Made by a program: the position numbers and the translations under genes
Notes under the pieces: generated by a model
The model's input: only the letters and a program-made list of their open reading frames with translations
The model's database searches: none
What the model was told of the DNA's origin: nothing
Part shown: in pieces, positions 1-9,321 of the stretch
Position numbering within the stretch: the first letter of the stretch is position 1
Layout: each line of letters begins with the position of its first letter
From: an uncultured Geobacteraceae bacterium
GTDB taxonomy: Bacteria; Desulfobacterota; Desulfuromonadia; Geobacterales; Geobacteraceae
Length of the DNA: 33,653 bases
Reading direction: 5' to 3'
Assembly: GCA_964434465.1 (NCBI GenBank)
Contig: CAYSWG010000003.1
Location: 1 to 33,653, forward strand

Positions 1-2
1 AG

Positions 3-1172
3 CGGGCATTGCTCAGCACTGCAGCTGATTGTTTTTTTGCCCGGAATGAGACCACCCGTATGGAAGAGTTCTGGAACTTTTGTGACACCACCCCCTGGCT
101 CGACGATTTTGCCTTGTTCATGGCCCTGAAGGATCGTTTCCCTGCCGGCAGCTGGCGGAACTGGCCGGCTGAGCTTGCTGCCGGTCACGAGGGAGCCAAG
201 GACGAGGCCGCCCGGGATCTTGGTCCGGTCATCGGCGCCGTCAAATATGAACAATGGCAGTTTTTTCGTCAGTGGCGGCGGCTCAGGGAGTACGCCGGGA
301 GCCGGAATGTGGAGATCTTTGGCGATATGCCCATTTTTGTTGCTTACGACTCTGCCGATGTCTGGGCCAATCGCCGGCTTTTCCTCCTCGATCATACGGG
401 CAACCCTACGGTCGTTGCCGGAGTTCCTCCAGATTATTTCAGTAAAACCGGACAGTTGTGGGGTAATCCCCTCTATGACTGGGAAGCAGTTGCCAAGGAA
501 GGCTATGCCTGGTGGATAGATCGGGTGCGGGCGTCCCTGGAATTGTATGACCTGCTGCGCATCGATCATTTTCGCGGCTTTGCCGCGTGCTGGCAGGTGC
601 CGGCCGGTGAAAAGACTGCCGTTAACGGTCGTTGGGTCACCGGTCCGGGTGATGGTCTGTTTGCTTCCCTTGCTGCCGCTCTCGGTTCATTGCCCCTTGT
701 TGCGGAAGATTTGGGGGTGATCACGCCCGACGTGGAAGCGTTGCGTGACCAGTTTGCTTTTCCCGGCATGAAAATACTGCAGTTTGCCTTTGATTCCGGA
801 CCGGATAACCCCTATCTGCCCCATAACTTTGTCCGAAATGCCGTGGTCTATACCGGCACCCACGACAATGACACGACGGCGGGTTGGTTTGCTTCCCTGT
901 CATCCCGCGGTCGGAACAGGGTGCTCAACTACCTGGGTTGCAGTGATGGGAACATTGTCGAGGAACTGATCCGGTTGGCCGTGGCCTCCGTGGCCGATAC
1001 GGTAATACTGCCGTTGCAGGACGTGCTTGGTTTGTCTGGTGCGGCACGCATGAACGTGCCCGGTTCTCCCGTCGGCAACTGGTCATGGCGCTGCCCCCCG
1101 AATCATCTGCAGGCCAAAACGTTCAAGCGTTTGCATGGGTTGACCGAACTGTACGGAAGGTGTTCCCGGTAG
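3..1172 (+). CDS. malQ: 4-alpha-glucanotransferase (amylomaltase, GH77), 5' truncated by window edge
   Basis: The frame is open to the window edge, so the ORF-track 'M' at 9 is an internal TTG. GH77 motifs are present: 'LLRIDHFRGF', 'WGNPLYDW', 'VVYTGTHDNDT', 'LPLQDVLG'. Stop at 1170-1172. Confidence 0.85.
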   Translation, partial: RALLSTAADCFFARNETTRMEEFWNFCDTTPWLDDFALFMALKDRFPAGSWRNWPAELAAGHEGAKDEAARDLGPVIGAVKYEQWQFFRQWRRLREYAGSRNVEIFGDMPIFVAYDSADVWANRRLFLLDHTGNPTVVAGVPPDYFSKTGQLWGNPLYDWEAVAKEGYAWWIDRVRASLELYDLLRIDHFRGFAACWQVPAGEKTAVNGRWVTGPGDGLFASLAAALGSLPLVAEDLGVITPDVEALRDQFAFPGMKILQFAFDSGPDNPYLPHNFVRNAVVYTGTHDNDTTAGWFASLSSRGRNRVLNYLGCSDGNIVEELIRLAVASVADTVILPLQDVLGLSGAARMNVPGSPVGNWSWRCPPNHLQAKTFKRLHGLTELYGRCSR

Positions 1173-1211
1173 CTCCTCGGCCGGTGTTACCGGGTAGAAA
1201 CCAAATAGTTG

Positions 1212-1241
1212 TTGACACGAAAACTGGTAATTGGGTAGTGT
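1212..1241 (+). promoter_or_regulatory. possible sigma-70 promoter for metY
   Basis: TTGACA (1212-1217), 18-nt spacer, TAGTGT (1236-1241), about 60 nt upstream of the metY ATG. Pattern match only. Confidence 0.3.
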
Positions 1242-1301
1242 TCTGGCAGAGATTTACCATTACATTACTCGGATAATCCTCTTGTGAAAGGAGAATACCT
1301 G

Positions 1302-2588
1302 ATGGCCGATCAGAAGTACGACCTGGATACCCTGGCGCTCCATGCCGGACACACACCCGACTCGGCAACCCTGTCCCGGGCCGTGCCCATTTACCAGACC
1401 TCTTCATACGTGTTCCGCAGTTCTGAGCATGCGGCAAAGCTGTTTGCCCTGGAGGAACCGGGCAATATCTACACGCGGATCATGAATCCGACAACGGATG
1501 TGCTGGAAAAGCGCATGGCGGAGCTTGATGGCGGAGTAGGCGCTCTGGCGGTGGCGTCCGGCCAGGCGGCGATTACTTTTGCCGTACTCAACATCACCCG
1601 GGTCGGACAGAATATCGTATCCACCAACTCCCTCTACGGTGGAACCTACAATCTTTTCCACTATACGCTGCCCAAGCTGGGCATCCAGGTGAAATTCGTC
1701 GACAGTTCCGACCCGGAAAACGTTCGCCGGGCCATCGACGACAGGACGCGGCTGGTCTATACGGAGTCGGTCGGCAATCCGAAAAACAATGTGGACGACT
1801 TCGAGGCACTCGCCTGCATTGCCCATGATGCCGGAATTCCCTTTATCGTGGACAATACGGTGACAACACCGTACCTGTTCCGCCCCCTGGAACACGGCGC
1901 CGATATCGTCGTCTACTCCCTGACCAAGTTCATCGGCGGCCACGGCACCAGCATCGGCGGCTGCGTTGTCGATGGCGGCACCTTTCCCTGGAACAACGGC
2001 AGGTTTCCCGAGTTCACCGAGCCGGATCCTTCCTACCATGGAATCCGTTTCTGGGAGGCTCTGGGCAATCTTTCCTACATCGTCAAGATGCGCGTGGAAC
2101 TCCTCCGCGACCTGGGGGCGCCTCTGTCGCCGTTCAATGCCTTCCAGCTCCTGCAGGGCCTGGAAACGCTCCACGTGCGCATGCCCCGTCATGTGGAAAA
2201 TGCCGGGAAGATCGCCGAATGGCTTGAAAAGCACCCCCTGGTCACCTGGGTCAATTACCCCGGTCTGGCCAGCCACAGGGATTTTGCGCGGGCACAGCGC
2301 TATCTGGGCAAAGGTGCCGGCGCCATCATCGGGTTCGGTATCAATGGTGGGGTGGCTGCCGGAAAAAAATTCATCGACAATGTCAAACTTCTGTCCCATC
2401 TTGCCAATATCGGCGATGCCAAATCCCTGGTGATCCATCCGGCATCCACGACCCACCAGCAACTCACCGAGGAGGAACAGATTGCCACCGGTGTCACGGC
2501 CGATTTCATCAGGCTGTCGGTGGGCATTGAGAATGCGGATGATCTGGTTGCCGATATTGAGCAGGCATTGCAGGCTTCCCAGGTCTGA
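1302..2588 (+). CDS. metY: O-acetylhomoserine sulfhydrylase (PLP-dependent Cys/Met metabolism family)
   Basis: Contains 'TLALHAG' and the PLP-lysine motif '[16 protein letters not shown]', with length about 428 aa. AAAGGAG (1287-1293) lies 8 nt before ATG 1302. The ORF-track GTG at 1284 overlaps that SD and is rejected as the start. Confidence 0.9.
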   Translation: MADQKYDLDTLALHAGHTPDSATLSRAVPIYQTSSYVFRSSEHAAKLFALEEPGNIYTRIMNPTTDVLEKRMAELDGGVGALAVASGQAAITFAVLNITRVGQNIVSTNSLYGGTYNLFHYTLPKLGIQVKFVDSSDPENVRRAIDDRTRLVYTESVGNPKNNVDDFEALACIAHDAGIPFIVDNTVTTPYLFRPLEHGADIVVYSLTKFIGGHGTSIGGCVVDGGTFPWNNGRFPEFTEPDPSYHGIRFWEALGNLSYIVKMRVELLRDLGAPLSPFNAFQLLQGLETLHVRMPRHVENAGKIAEWLEKHPLVTWVNYPGLASHRDFARAQRYLGKGAGAIIGFGINGGVAAGKKFIDNVKLLSHLANIGDAKSLVIHPASTTHQQLTEEEQIATGVTADFIRLSVGIENADDLVADIEQALQASQV

Positions 2589-2613
2589 CGACGCTATGCC
2601 GCTGCTGCACCAG

Positions 2614-2644
2614 GGCGACCTCTCCAGGGGGGTCGCCTTTTTTT
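2614..2644 (+). terminator. rho-independent terminator after metY
   Basis: Stem GGCGACC (2614-2620) pairs with GGTCGCC (2631-2637), followed by a T7 run (2638-2644). Confidence 0.8.
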
Positions 2645-2680
2645 GTGGGCGATGCCCGTAACTTTAATTAGAAAATGAAT

Positions 2681-2707
2681 TCAAGTTTTTTTCCAGCCCG
2701 CCGATGA
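2681..2707 (+). promoter_or_regulatory. sigma-28 (FliA)-type promoter upstream of MCP gene
   Basis: TCAAGTTT (2681-2688), N11, GCCGATGA (2700-2707), against the enterobacterial FliA consensus TAAAGTTT-N11-GCCGATAA. It sits about 125 nt upstream of the MCP start. Confidence 0.65.
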
Positions 2708-2833
2708 GATAGCCAGAAGCAGCGAATGGCGTTTCAGGTCGGGAAGAGTTCCCCGACTGTTATCGTTGTGCCAGACAACGCGTTACTGATTATAACCGGC
2801 AACGGGCGACTTTCGGGGAAAAGGAGAAGAATC

Positions 2834-4465
2834 ATGTTATTTGCAAAGATGCGGATTGGTTTGAAAATGGGGTTGGTGTTTGGATTCATCCTGTTCATGA
2901 TGGCTTTGATGATCTACTTCGGTATCAGCAGCATCGGCAAAATGGAGGGATCACTGGAAGGTATCGTCAACGGCGAGTATCGGAAAACCGTCCATGCCGC
3001 CGGGGCTACGCAGTCCCTTGACCAACTGATGATCGGCATGCAGAGCCTTATCATGGTCAGTAGTCATGCGGCGGTGGAACAGCAGAAGGCGGCCATCCTG
3101 ACAGCCCGCGGGGAATATCGCGAGAATATCAAAAAGCTCGAGGCATTGGAAAGAGACCCCCAGGGGATCAAGCTGATTGATTCCTTCAAGGCTGTTGCTG
3201 CCACTGCTGCCCAGGTCAACAACCGGGTCATCGACCTGGCCCTGGCTGGCAAGAAGGATGAGGCCTCCTCCCTGTTAAACCAGGAGGCGGCGCCGTTGAC
3301 GAAAAAGGCCCAGCAGACCTTGAATACTCTCAAGGGTTTACAGGAGGCAAACGTCAAAACAGCCTACGACCGGGCGGAGTCCCTCTACCGGAACCTGCGG
3401 ATCTTCATGCTGCTGGCCGGGGCGATTGCCTTTATCCTCGGCCTGGCCGGGGCCATATTCCTTATTCACAATTTTGTCACGCGGCTTCGCAGGGTGACCG
3501 CTGCTGTGGGGCGCGTTGCCGACGGTGACTTGTCCACCAAGCTGAAAATCTATGCCAAGGATGAAATCGGCGATCTTGGCCACGCCATTAACCGTATGCT
3601 CGATTCCGTGCATAGTGTCGTTTCCACCATCAAAATTACCGCCGATCAGGTGGCAACCGCGTCGAACCAGCTGTCGCAGACTGCCGAACAGATGGCGACC
3701 GGCGCCGAGGAGGTGGCGGCCCAGGCCGGTACGGTTGCCGTGGCCAGCGAAGAAATGTCAGCCACCAGCAACGACATAGCCCAGAACTGCCACATGTCGG
3801 CGGAAAGTGCCGGCCAGGTGACGGAAACCACGAAGAAGGGTTTCCAGGTGGTGCAGCACACGGTCAACGGCATTCGCAGTCGCGGCGAGCGGACCAAAGA
3901 GAATGCCAGGATCGTGGCCAGTCTTGGCGAGCGTTCTGATCAGATCGGCGCCATTGTGTCCACCATCGAAGATATTGCCGACCAGACCAACCTTCTGGCG
4001 CTTAATGCGGCCATTGAAGCGGCCCGGGCAGGTGAGCAGGGCAGGGGGTTTGCCGTAGTCGCCGACGAAGTGCGGGCACTGGCCGAGCGGACCACCAAGG
4101 CGACCAAGGAAATCGGTGAAATGATCCGCTCCATTCAGAGTGAGACGAAAACGGCCATCGTTTCCATGGAAGAGGGGGTGCGGGGCACGGAGCAGGGGGC
4201 CCAGGATGCTGCCCAGCTGGAGACGTCACTTCAGGAGATACTTGATCAGGTCAGCTCGGTAACCATGCAGATCAGCCAGATTGCCACTGCGGCGGAGCAG
4301 CAGACCTCGACCACCAGTGAGATTACCAATAATATTCAGCAGATCACCGAGGTTGTTGCAGATACGGCCAGGGGCTCCCAGGAGTCGGCTGCTGCGGCAA
4401 CACAGCTTTCACGTCTGGCAGAAGAACTGCAGCGGGTTGTGGAAACATTCAGGCTTGCATCCTAG
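2834..4465 (+). CDS. methyl-accepting chemotaxis protein (N-terminal TM, helical periplasmic sensor, TM2, HAMP, MA signalling domain)
   Basis: Conserved MCP hairpin '[42 protein letters not shown]' and HAMP-like '[25 protein letters not shown]'. AAGGAGAAG SD (2821-2829) precedes ATG 2834. The ORF-track start at 2726 lacks an SD and adds a non-MCP-like leader. Confidence 0.9.
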   Translation: MLFAKMRIGLKMGLVFGFILFMMALMIYFGISSIGKMEGSLEGIVNGEYRKTVHAAGATQSLDQLMIGMQSLIMVSSHAAVEQQKAAILTARGEYRENIKKLEALERDPQGIKLIDSFKAVAATAAQVNNRVIDLALAGKKDEASSLLNQEAAPLTKKAQQTLNTLKGLQEANVKTAYDRAESLYRNLRIFMLLAGAIAFILGLAGAIFLIHNFVTRLRRVTAAVGRVADGDLSTKLKIYAKDEIGDLGHAINRMLDSVHSVVSTIKITADQVATASNQLSQTAEQMATGAEEVAAQAGTVAVASEEMSATSNDIAQNCHMSAESAGQVTETTKKGFQVVQHTVNGIRSRGERTKENARIVASLGERSDQIGAIVSTIEDIADQTNLLALNAAIEAARAGEQGRGFAVVADEVRALAERTTKATKEIGEMIRSIQSETKTAIVSMEEGVRGTEQGAQDAAQLETSLQEILDQVSSVTMQISQIATAAEQQTSTTSEITNNIQQITEVVADTARGSQESAAAATQLSRLAEELQRVVETFRLAS

Positions 4466-4496
4466 TCGGCGTTTCAGGTAGTGCGCGGAACCCTTT

Positions 4497-4527
4497 GCGG
4501 GCTGTCCATCGGGGCAGCCCGCTTTTT
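4497..4527 (+). terminator. rho-independent terminator after MCP gene (in convergent gap with selU)
   Basis: Stem GCGGGCTG (4497-4504) pairs with CAGCCCGC (4515-4522), followed by T5 (4523-4527). Confidence 0.7.
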
Positions 4528-5573
4528 CAGGAGTGGCAGGCGGAATGGCCTGATTGCTGCTCGTGGATAAACTTTTCCAATTCGGCAACGGCTGACGGGA
4601 AGCTCTCAAGAGATATCTGCCGGTCTTCCTGCCAGCTTCTCGTCTTGTAGTAGACCCGGTCGTAGTAGTTTTTCAGCAAACCGGCCATGAACGGCCCCAG
4701 GTTCCACCGCTCAAGGTGCTCGGTCAACTCCCGGTTGGTTGTACTGCCCAGTTTTTTACTGATTCGCCCCAGGGCGGCAGCCATGCCTTCCCGGTACTCT
4801 TCCTTGCCGTATTCAGTGATAAGTCGTGCGACTCTGGTTTCCAGGGACGCATCACACCAGATTTTGATTCCCTCCCGCATTACTTCATAGAGATTACCCG
4901 GAAGGGAAAGGGCACCTATCCGGCGGCTCTCTCCTTCAATAATAATCGGTTGCCCGGCCGGGCAGATGCGAAAGGCTTGCCAGAGGAGACTTTCAAACTT
5001 CTTCTGGTCCAGTGATTGATTGAGACCCAGTGAGCCGAAGGCAGAACCGCGGTGACGGGCAAGGCCCTCCAGGTCGACGGCGGCATGACCCCGTTCCGCG
5101 AGCTGGTGCAGTAGGGTTGTCTTGCCGACGCCGGTCAGACCGTGGAGGACAATCAGCGGTCCAGGGGGCTGAAAGGGTGAAAAGTATGTCGCTACCCGAT
5201 TCCGGTAGGCCTTGTAACCGCCGGTCAATTGGATTGCCCGGTGGCCGGTCAGTTCCAGGATGGCGGTAACGGTTTTGCTGCGCAGACCACCGCGCCAGCA
5301 GTAGACGAGTACCGGTCTGCCGTCGGCGTGATCGACAATTGCGGTCACAATGGCCGGAAATCGTCCGGAGGTCAATTCAAGGCCCCGTTGTCGTGCCGCG
5401 AGGGGGCCGTCCTTCTTATGGATGATGCCGATGACGATGCGCTCTTCGTTGGAGAGGAGTGGCACGTTTACGGCACCGGGAATATGATCTTCCCCGTACT
5501 CGAGGGGGGTGCGGACATCAACGGTCAGGTGGGTGTCCAGCAGGGATTCACAAAACTGGGTTGTCTCAACCAC
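4527..5573 (-). CDS. selU: tRNA 2-selenouridine synthase (rhodanese domain plus P-loop)
   Basis: Rhodanese active-site 'YCWRGGLRS', P-loop 'GLTGVGKTTLL', and 'DLEGLARHRGSAFG' identical to the E. coli SelU (YbbB) motif as I recall it. GTG start at 5573 is preceded by GGAGA 5 nt upstream. Confidence 0.85.
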   Translation of the reverse strand: MVETTQFCESLLDTHLTVDVRTPLEYGEDHIPGAVNVPLLSNEERIVIGIIHKKDGPLAARQRGLELTSGRFPAIVTAIVDHADGRPVLVYCWRGGLRSKTVTAILELTGHRAIQLTGGYKAYRNRVATYFSPFQPPGPLIVLHGLTGVGKTTLLHQLAERGHAAVDLEGLARHRGSAFGSLGLNQSLDQKKFESLLWQAFRICPAGQPIIIEGESRRIGALSLPGNLYEVMREGIKIWCDASLETRVARLITEYGKEEYREGMAAALGRISKKLGSTTNRELTEHLERWNLGPFMAGLLKNYYDRVYYKTRSWQEDRQISLESFPSAVAELEKFIHEQQSGHSACHS

Positions 5574-5666
5574 ACTATTCTCCGGACCAGCAGGTTTGTT
5601 ACCGTACCCGTACGGCAGGGAGGGTGATGCGCATCAGTCCTGATAGGGTAGACTTGATCTGGACAG

Positions 5667-8600
5667 ATGCAGATTCAGTTCGATGATATTTCACGCTCTC
5701 CGGACGTGTCTATGAACGACAAGTCACCATTAACACAAGCGCACGACCTGCGCAATGCAATCCATGTCGTGCCGGTTGCGGAGGTGTTTCCGCTGCTGGG
5801 CAGCAGCCCCACCGGCTTGACGAAGGATGAGGTGGTAGATCGTCGAAGGCGGTATGGAGTCAACCGCCTCCACCCGATACGGGAAAAATCATTGTTCGTC
5901 AGGTTTCTGGCAGCCATCACCCATTTGATGGCCATACTGCTCTGGTGCGGGGGCGGCATCGCCTTTGTCGCCGGACTTTCCCAGTTGGGCTGGGCAATCT
6001 GGGCCGTTGTCCTGGTCAATGGCGCGTTCTCATTCTGGCAGGAGTATCGGGCGGGCAAAGCCATGGAAGCGCTGCGCGGCATGTTGCCGCCGACGGCCCG
6101 GGTGGTGCGTGATGGCAGGGAACAGCGTGTTCCCGCCGTCGAATTGGTACCCGGAGACCAGATTACCGTTATGGAGGGCGAAAGGATTTCCGCAGATTGC
6201 CGGCTCGTGGTGGAGGCCGAGTTGCGAGTCGATCAGTCTGCCCTGAGTGGCGAGAGCCATCCGCTGCGTAAAACGGCGGAAGCGCTCACGACCCCTGACA
6301 GTTTCGGTGACGATTGTGCCAATCTGATCTATGCCGGCACTACGGTCACCAGTGGTACGGGCAGGGCAGTGGTCTATGCAACGGGTATGACCACCCGGTT
6401 CGGGACGATAGCCGACCTGACCATGGGCCTGCCCGAGGAGCTGAGCCCTCTGCAGAAGGAAATCAACAGGATGACGACGGTGGTGAGCGTTCTTGCCGTC
6501 AGTATCGGTATTGTCTTTTTTCTGCTGTCTGTGCTTGTCCTGCATCGTCCGGTGAGTGCCGGGTTCATGTTTTCTTTGGGGATGGTAGTCGCCTTTGTAC
6601 CTGAAGGGCTGCTGCCCACGGTAACGCTTGCCCTGGCCATGGGCGTGCAGCGCATGGCCAGGCGCAATGCACTCATCAAGAAATTATCTTCCGTTGAAAC
6701 CCTTGGCTGCTGCTCGGTTATCTGCACGGACAAGACCGGCACGCTTACCCAGAACGAGATGACCGTGCGAAGCCTGTGGGTTTCCGGACGCTCCATCATG
6801 GTGAGCGGAACTGGATATGACCCGACGGGTCAGTTGCTGGAAGATGGCCGGGTTCTTGCCACTATCTCGCCGGCGTCAGACTTGGACCTGCTCTTGCGGG
6901 CCATGGTTCTCTGTAACGATGCACGGCTTGTTCCCCCTGAGGCGGACGGCGACCCATGGCGGGTTCTCGGCGATCCAACCGAAGCAGCCTTGCTGGTTGC
7001 TGCGGGGAAGGGAGGCATGGATTTCGGGCAGTTGGCCCGGGAACTGCCCCGCCGCCGTGAACTACCTTTTGACTCTCGCCGCAAGCGGATGAGCACGATT
7101 CACTCGCTCGAGGTGCAGGGCAGTTCGCTGGAGACCGTTACGGGAACAAACGGAGCTGTCGGTTTCCTTGTCTTTGTGAAAGGGGCACCGAAAGAGATCC
7201 TTGATCTCTGTGAGACTGCACGACGCGCCGGGACAACGCGGATTCTTACTGACGCTGAGCGTCTGGAGATCGTCCGCGTAACGGACAGTCATGCCGCCGC
7301 CGGCATGCGGGTTCTTGCCATGGCCATGCGGTTCCTGCCGACGGATCATGACCGTTTCACCAGTGATGCGGTCGAACGGCAGCTGATATTTCTCGGGTTG
7401 GCCGCCATGCTCGACCCGCCCCGGGATGAGGTGGCTGCAGCGGTGGCAACCTGCCGACGGGCAGGTATCCGCATCATCATGATAACCGGCGACTATGGGC
7501 TTACCGCGGAAAGCATCGCACGACGGATCGGCATTGTCGGTGTTGAGCGGCCCCTGTTACTGTCCGGTCGGGATCTGGACGGAATGGATGATTCCTCCTT
7601 GGAGCAGGCCTTACAGGGCGAGGTGCTCTTCGCCCGGGTAGCACCGGAGCACAAGTTGCGCGTTGTCGGCACCCTCCAGGGCATGGGACATGTGGTGGCC
7701 GTAACCGGCGACGGCGTCAATGACGCGCCAGCCCTGAAAAAAGCCGATATCGGTGTGGCAATGGGCAACACCGGCACCGATGTGGCCCGGGAGACGGCTG
7801 ACATGGTGCTGGACGACGACAACTTCTCCTCGATTGTTCATGCAATTGAGGAAGGGCGCGCCGTCTATGCGAATATCAGGAAATTCGTCACCTACATTTT
7901 TTCCAGCAACATGCCGGAAGCCTGGCCGTTCATTCTTCAATTGCTGTTCGGTATGCCTCTTGCCCTGAATGTCATGCAGATTCTGGCCATTGATCTGGGG
8001 ACGGACATGGTCCCGGCCCTTGCCCTGGGGGCGGAGCGTCCAGAACCCGGAATCATGGACAGGCCGCCCCGCAGTCGCCGTGAGCGGCTCATTGACGGCC
8101 CCTTGCTGGTCCGTTCACTGCTCTGGCTGGGGACCTTGCAGACGGTGCTTTGCTTCACCGCTTTTTTTGCACTTTATGCCCTGTTCGGCTATCACGATCC
8201 ATTCAATTTGCCGCGAGTCGATCTGCTGCCCTTTGCCGAGCGCCTCACGAGCCGCGAGGGGTATGTCTACGCCCTCGCGTCGACGCTGTTTTTTACTGCG
8301 GTTATTGCCACACAGATCGGCAATGCTTACGCGTGCCGCACTGACCGGACCTCGGTCTTTTCCGTTGGCTTGTTCAGCAACCGCTTTCTTCTTGCCGGGA
8401 TACTGGTAGAATTGGTGCTAGCCGTCCTTCTTATCCATGTTCGATGTTTGCGGCAGCTCTTCGGGTTTGTTCCCTTGCCGACAGGCATCTGGCTGCCGTT
8501 GCTCATCGTGCCGCCGCTGCTCCTGGCCGCTGAAGAATTGCGCAAGGCTGGTGTCCGATGGCTGATGCGGCGACGGGATGCTCCGGGAGGAGTTCCATGA
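5667..8600 (+). CDS. cation-transporting P-type ATPase, type II, with Na,K/H,K-ATPase-like (P2C-like) ion-site motifs
   Basis: Motifs: 'LSGESHP' (TGES-type), 'ICTDKTGTLTQNEM' (phospho-Asp), 'MITGDYGLTA', 'VTGDGVNDAPALKKADIGVAMG'. TM4 is 'FVPEGLLPTVTLAL', TM5 is 'YIFSSNMPE', TM6 is 'ILAIDLGTDMVPALALGAE'. The start is uncertain: ATG 5667 or ATG 5712, neither with a clear SD. Confidence 0.9.
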   Translation: MQIQFDDISRSPDVSMNDKSPLTQAHDLRNAIHVVPVAEVFPLLGSSPTGLTKDEVVDRRRRYGVNRLHPIREKSLFVRFLAAITHLMAILLWCGGGIAFVAGLSQLGWAIWAVVLVNGAFSFWQEYRAGKAMEALRGMLPPTARVVRDGREQRVPAVELVPGDQITVMEGERISADCRLVVEAELRVDQSALSGESHPLRKTAEALTTPDSFGDDCANLIYAGTTVTSGTGRAVVYATGMTTRFGTIADLTMGLPEELSPLQKEINRMTTVVSVLAVSIGIVFFLLSVLVLHRPVSAGFMFSLGMVVAFVPEGLLPTVTLALAMGVQRMARRNALIKKLSSVETLGCCSVICTDKTGTLTQNEMTVRSLWVSGRSIMVSGTGYDPTGQLLEDGRVLATISPASDLDLLLRAMVLCNDARLVPPEADGDPWRVLGDPTEAALLVAAGKGGMDFGQLARELPRRRELPFDSRRKRMSTIHSLEVQGSSLETVTGTNGAVGFLVFVKGAPKEILDLCETARRAGTTRILTDAERLEIVRVTDSHAAAGMRVLAMAMRFLPTDHDRFTSDAVERQLIFLGLAAMLDPPRDEVAAAVATCRRAGIRIIMITGDYGLTAESIARRIGIVGVERPLLLSGRDLDGMDDSSLEQALQGEVLFARVAPEHKLRVVGTLQGMGHVVAVTGDGVNDAPALKKADIGVAMGNTGTDVARETADMVLDDDNFSSIVHAIEEGRAVYANIRKFVTYIFSSNMPEAWPFILQLLFGMPLALNVMQILAIDLGTDMVPALALGAERPEPGIMDRPPRSRRERLIDGPLLVRSLLWLGTLQTVLCFTAFFALYALFGYHDPFNLPRVDLLPFAERLTSREGYVYALASTLFFTAVIATQIGNAYACRTDRTSVFSVGLFSNRFLLAGILVELVLAVLLIHVRCLRQLFGFVPLPTGIWLPLLIVPPLLLAAEELRKAGVRWLMRRRDAPGGVP

Positions 8601-9247
8601 AACTGGTGATTGTCGGCTGTGGCCGCATGGGTGCGGCTTTGGCCCACGCCGTGCTCCGGCGCGGCCACGGGGTTACGGTCATCGACCGCGATTCCGCGTC
8701 TTTTGTCCGTCTGTCACCCTGCTTCAGCGGCGAGACCATTACCGGTATCGGTTTTGACCGGGAGGTGTTGCTGCGTGCTGGTATCGAGCGTGTAGACGGC
8801 TTGGCGGCGCTGACGGACAGCGATGAAGTGAATCTGGTAACCGCCCGTGTCGCCAAACTGTTTTTCCGGGTGCCCAAGGTTGTGGCCCGACTCCATGATC
8901 CACGAAAGGCAGAGATTTATCGCCGACTTGGCGTGCAGTCTATTTCACAGGTAACCTGGGGGGTCAACCGCGCCGTGGAAATTCTTTGTTACGCCCATCT
9001 GGAAACCTTGCTCAGTGTCGGGAATGGTGAGGTTGATATTGTCGAGTCGGAAGTGCCCCATCTGCTGGTCGGTCGTCCGGTCTGTGAACTGACCGTACCG
9101 GGTGAAGTGACCGTTATTGCCATAACCCGCCATGGTCGGACCGTTATTCCCACCCTCGGCACCCTTCTGCAGGCTGACGATCTGGTTCACCTGGCACTTT
9201 TGGCAGCATCGGGTGATCGACTCAAGGCGTTGCTCGGCCTCCATTAG
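8597..9247 (+). CDS. RCK-domain protein (TrkA_N Rossmann plus RCK_C), TrkA/KtrA-like, soluble
   Basis: 'MKLVIVGCGRMGAALAHAVL' GxGxxG NAD-fold, about 217 aa as for KtrA-type proteins. ATG 8597 overlaps the ATPase TGA (ATGA, 8597-8600). The ORF-track start at 8558 lies inside the ATPase gene. Confidence 0.85.
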   Translation: MKLVIVGCGRMGAALAHAVLRRGHGVTVIDRDSASFVRLSPCFSGETITGIGFDREVLLRAGIERVDGLAALTDSDEVNLVTARVAKLFFRVPKVVARLHDPRKAEIYRRLGVQSISQVTWGVNRAVEILCYAHLETLLSVGNGEVDIVESEVPHLLVGRPVCELTVPGEVTVIAITRHGRTVIPTLGTLLQADDLVHLALLAASGDRLKALLGLH

Positions 9248-9321
9248 TCCACTGGGCCGTTCCCGGCTTTTGCCGGGTTAGATTGGCTGGTCGTGACAAG
9301 GGAGCGTGGGGGAAAGAAGCC

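Noticed and set aside
1173-1301. Possible SAM riboswitch upstream of metY
   Set aside because: Only ~60 nt lie between the candidate promoter and the SD, and I see no S-box, SAM-II or SAM-SAH-like conserved helices. The region is too short for SAM-I.
1404-2462. 352-aa ORF on the minus strand inside metY
   Set aside because: Antisense shadow ORF of a clearly recognisable PLP enzyme gene. It has a low-complexity, Arg/Gly/Pro-rich translation and no recognisable motifs.
2726-2833. N-terminal extensions proposed by the ORF track. Examples: MCP at 2726, sdhC at 16711, sdhB at 19151, ihfA at 29087, HMGS-like at 32473, RCK genes at 8558 and 9283, GT9 at 20947.
   Set aside because: In each case an internal ATG or GTG with a proper SD matches the conserved family N-terminus. 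The extension overlaps an upstream gene, terminator or promoter.
3961-4130. DNA repeat shared with 13951-14120, including exact 23-mers GATATTGCCGACCAGACCAACCT and GCCGACGAAGTGCGGGCACTGGC
   Set aside because: It is explained by the highly conserved signalling hairpin of two paralogous MCP genes, so it is not a mobile or regulatory repeat.
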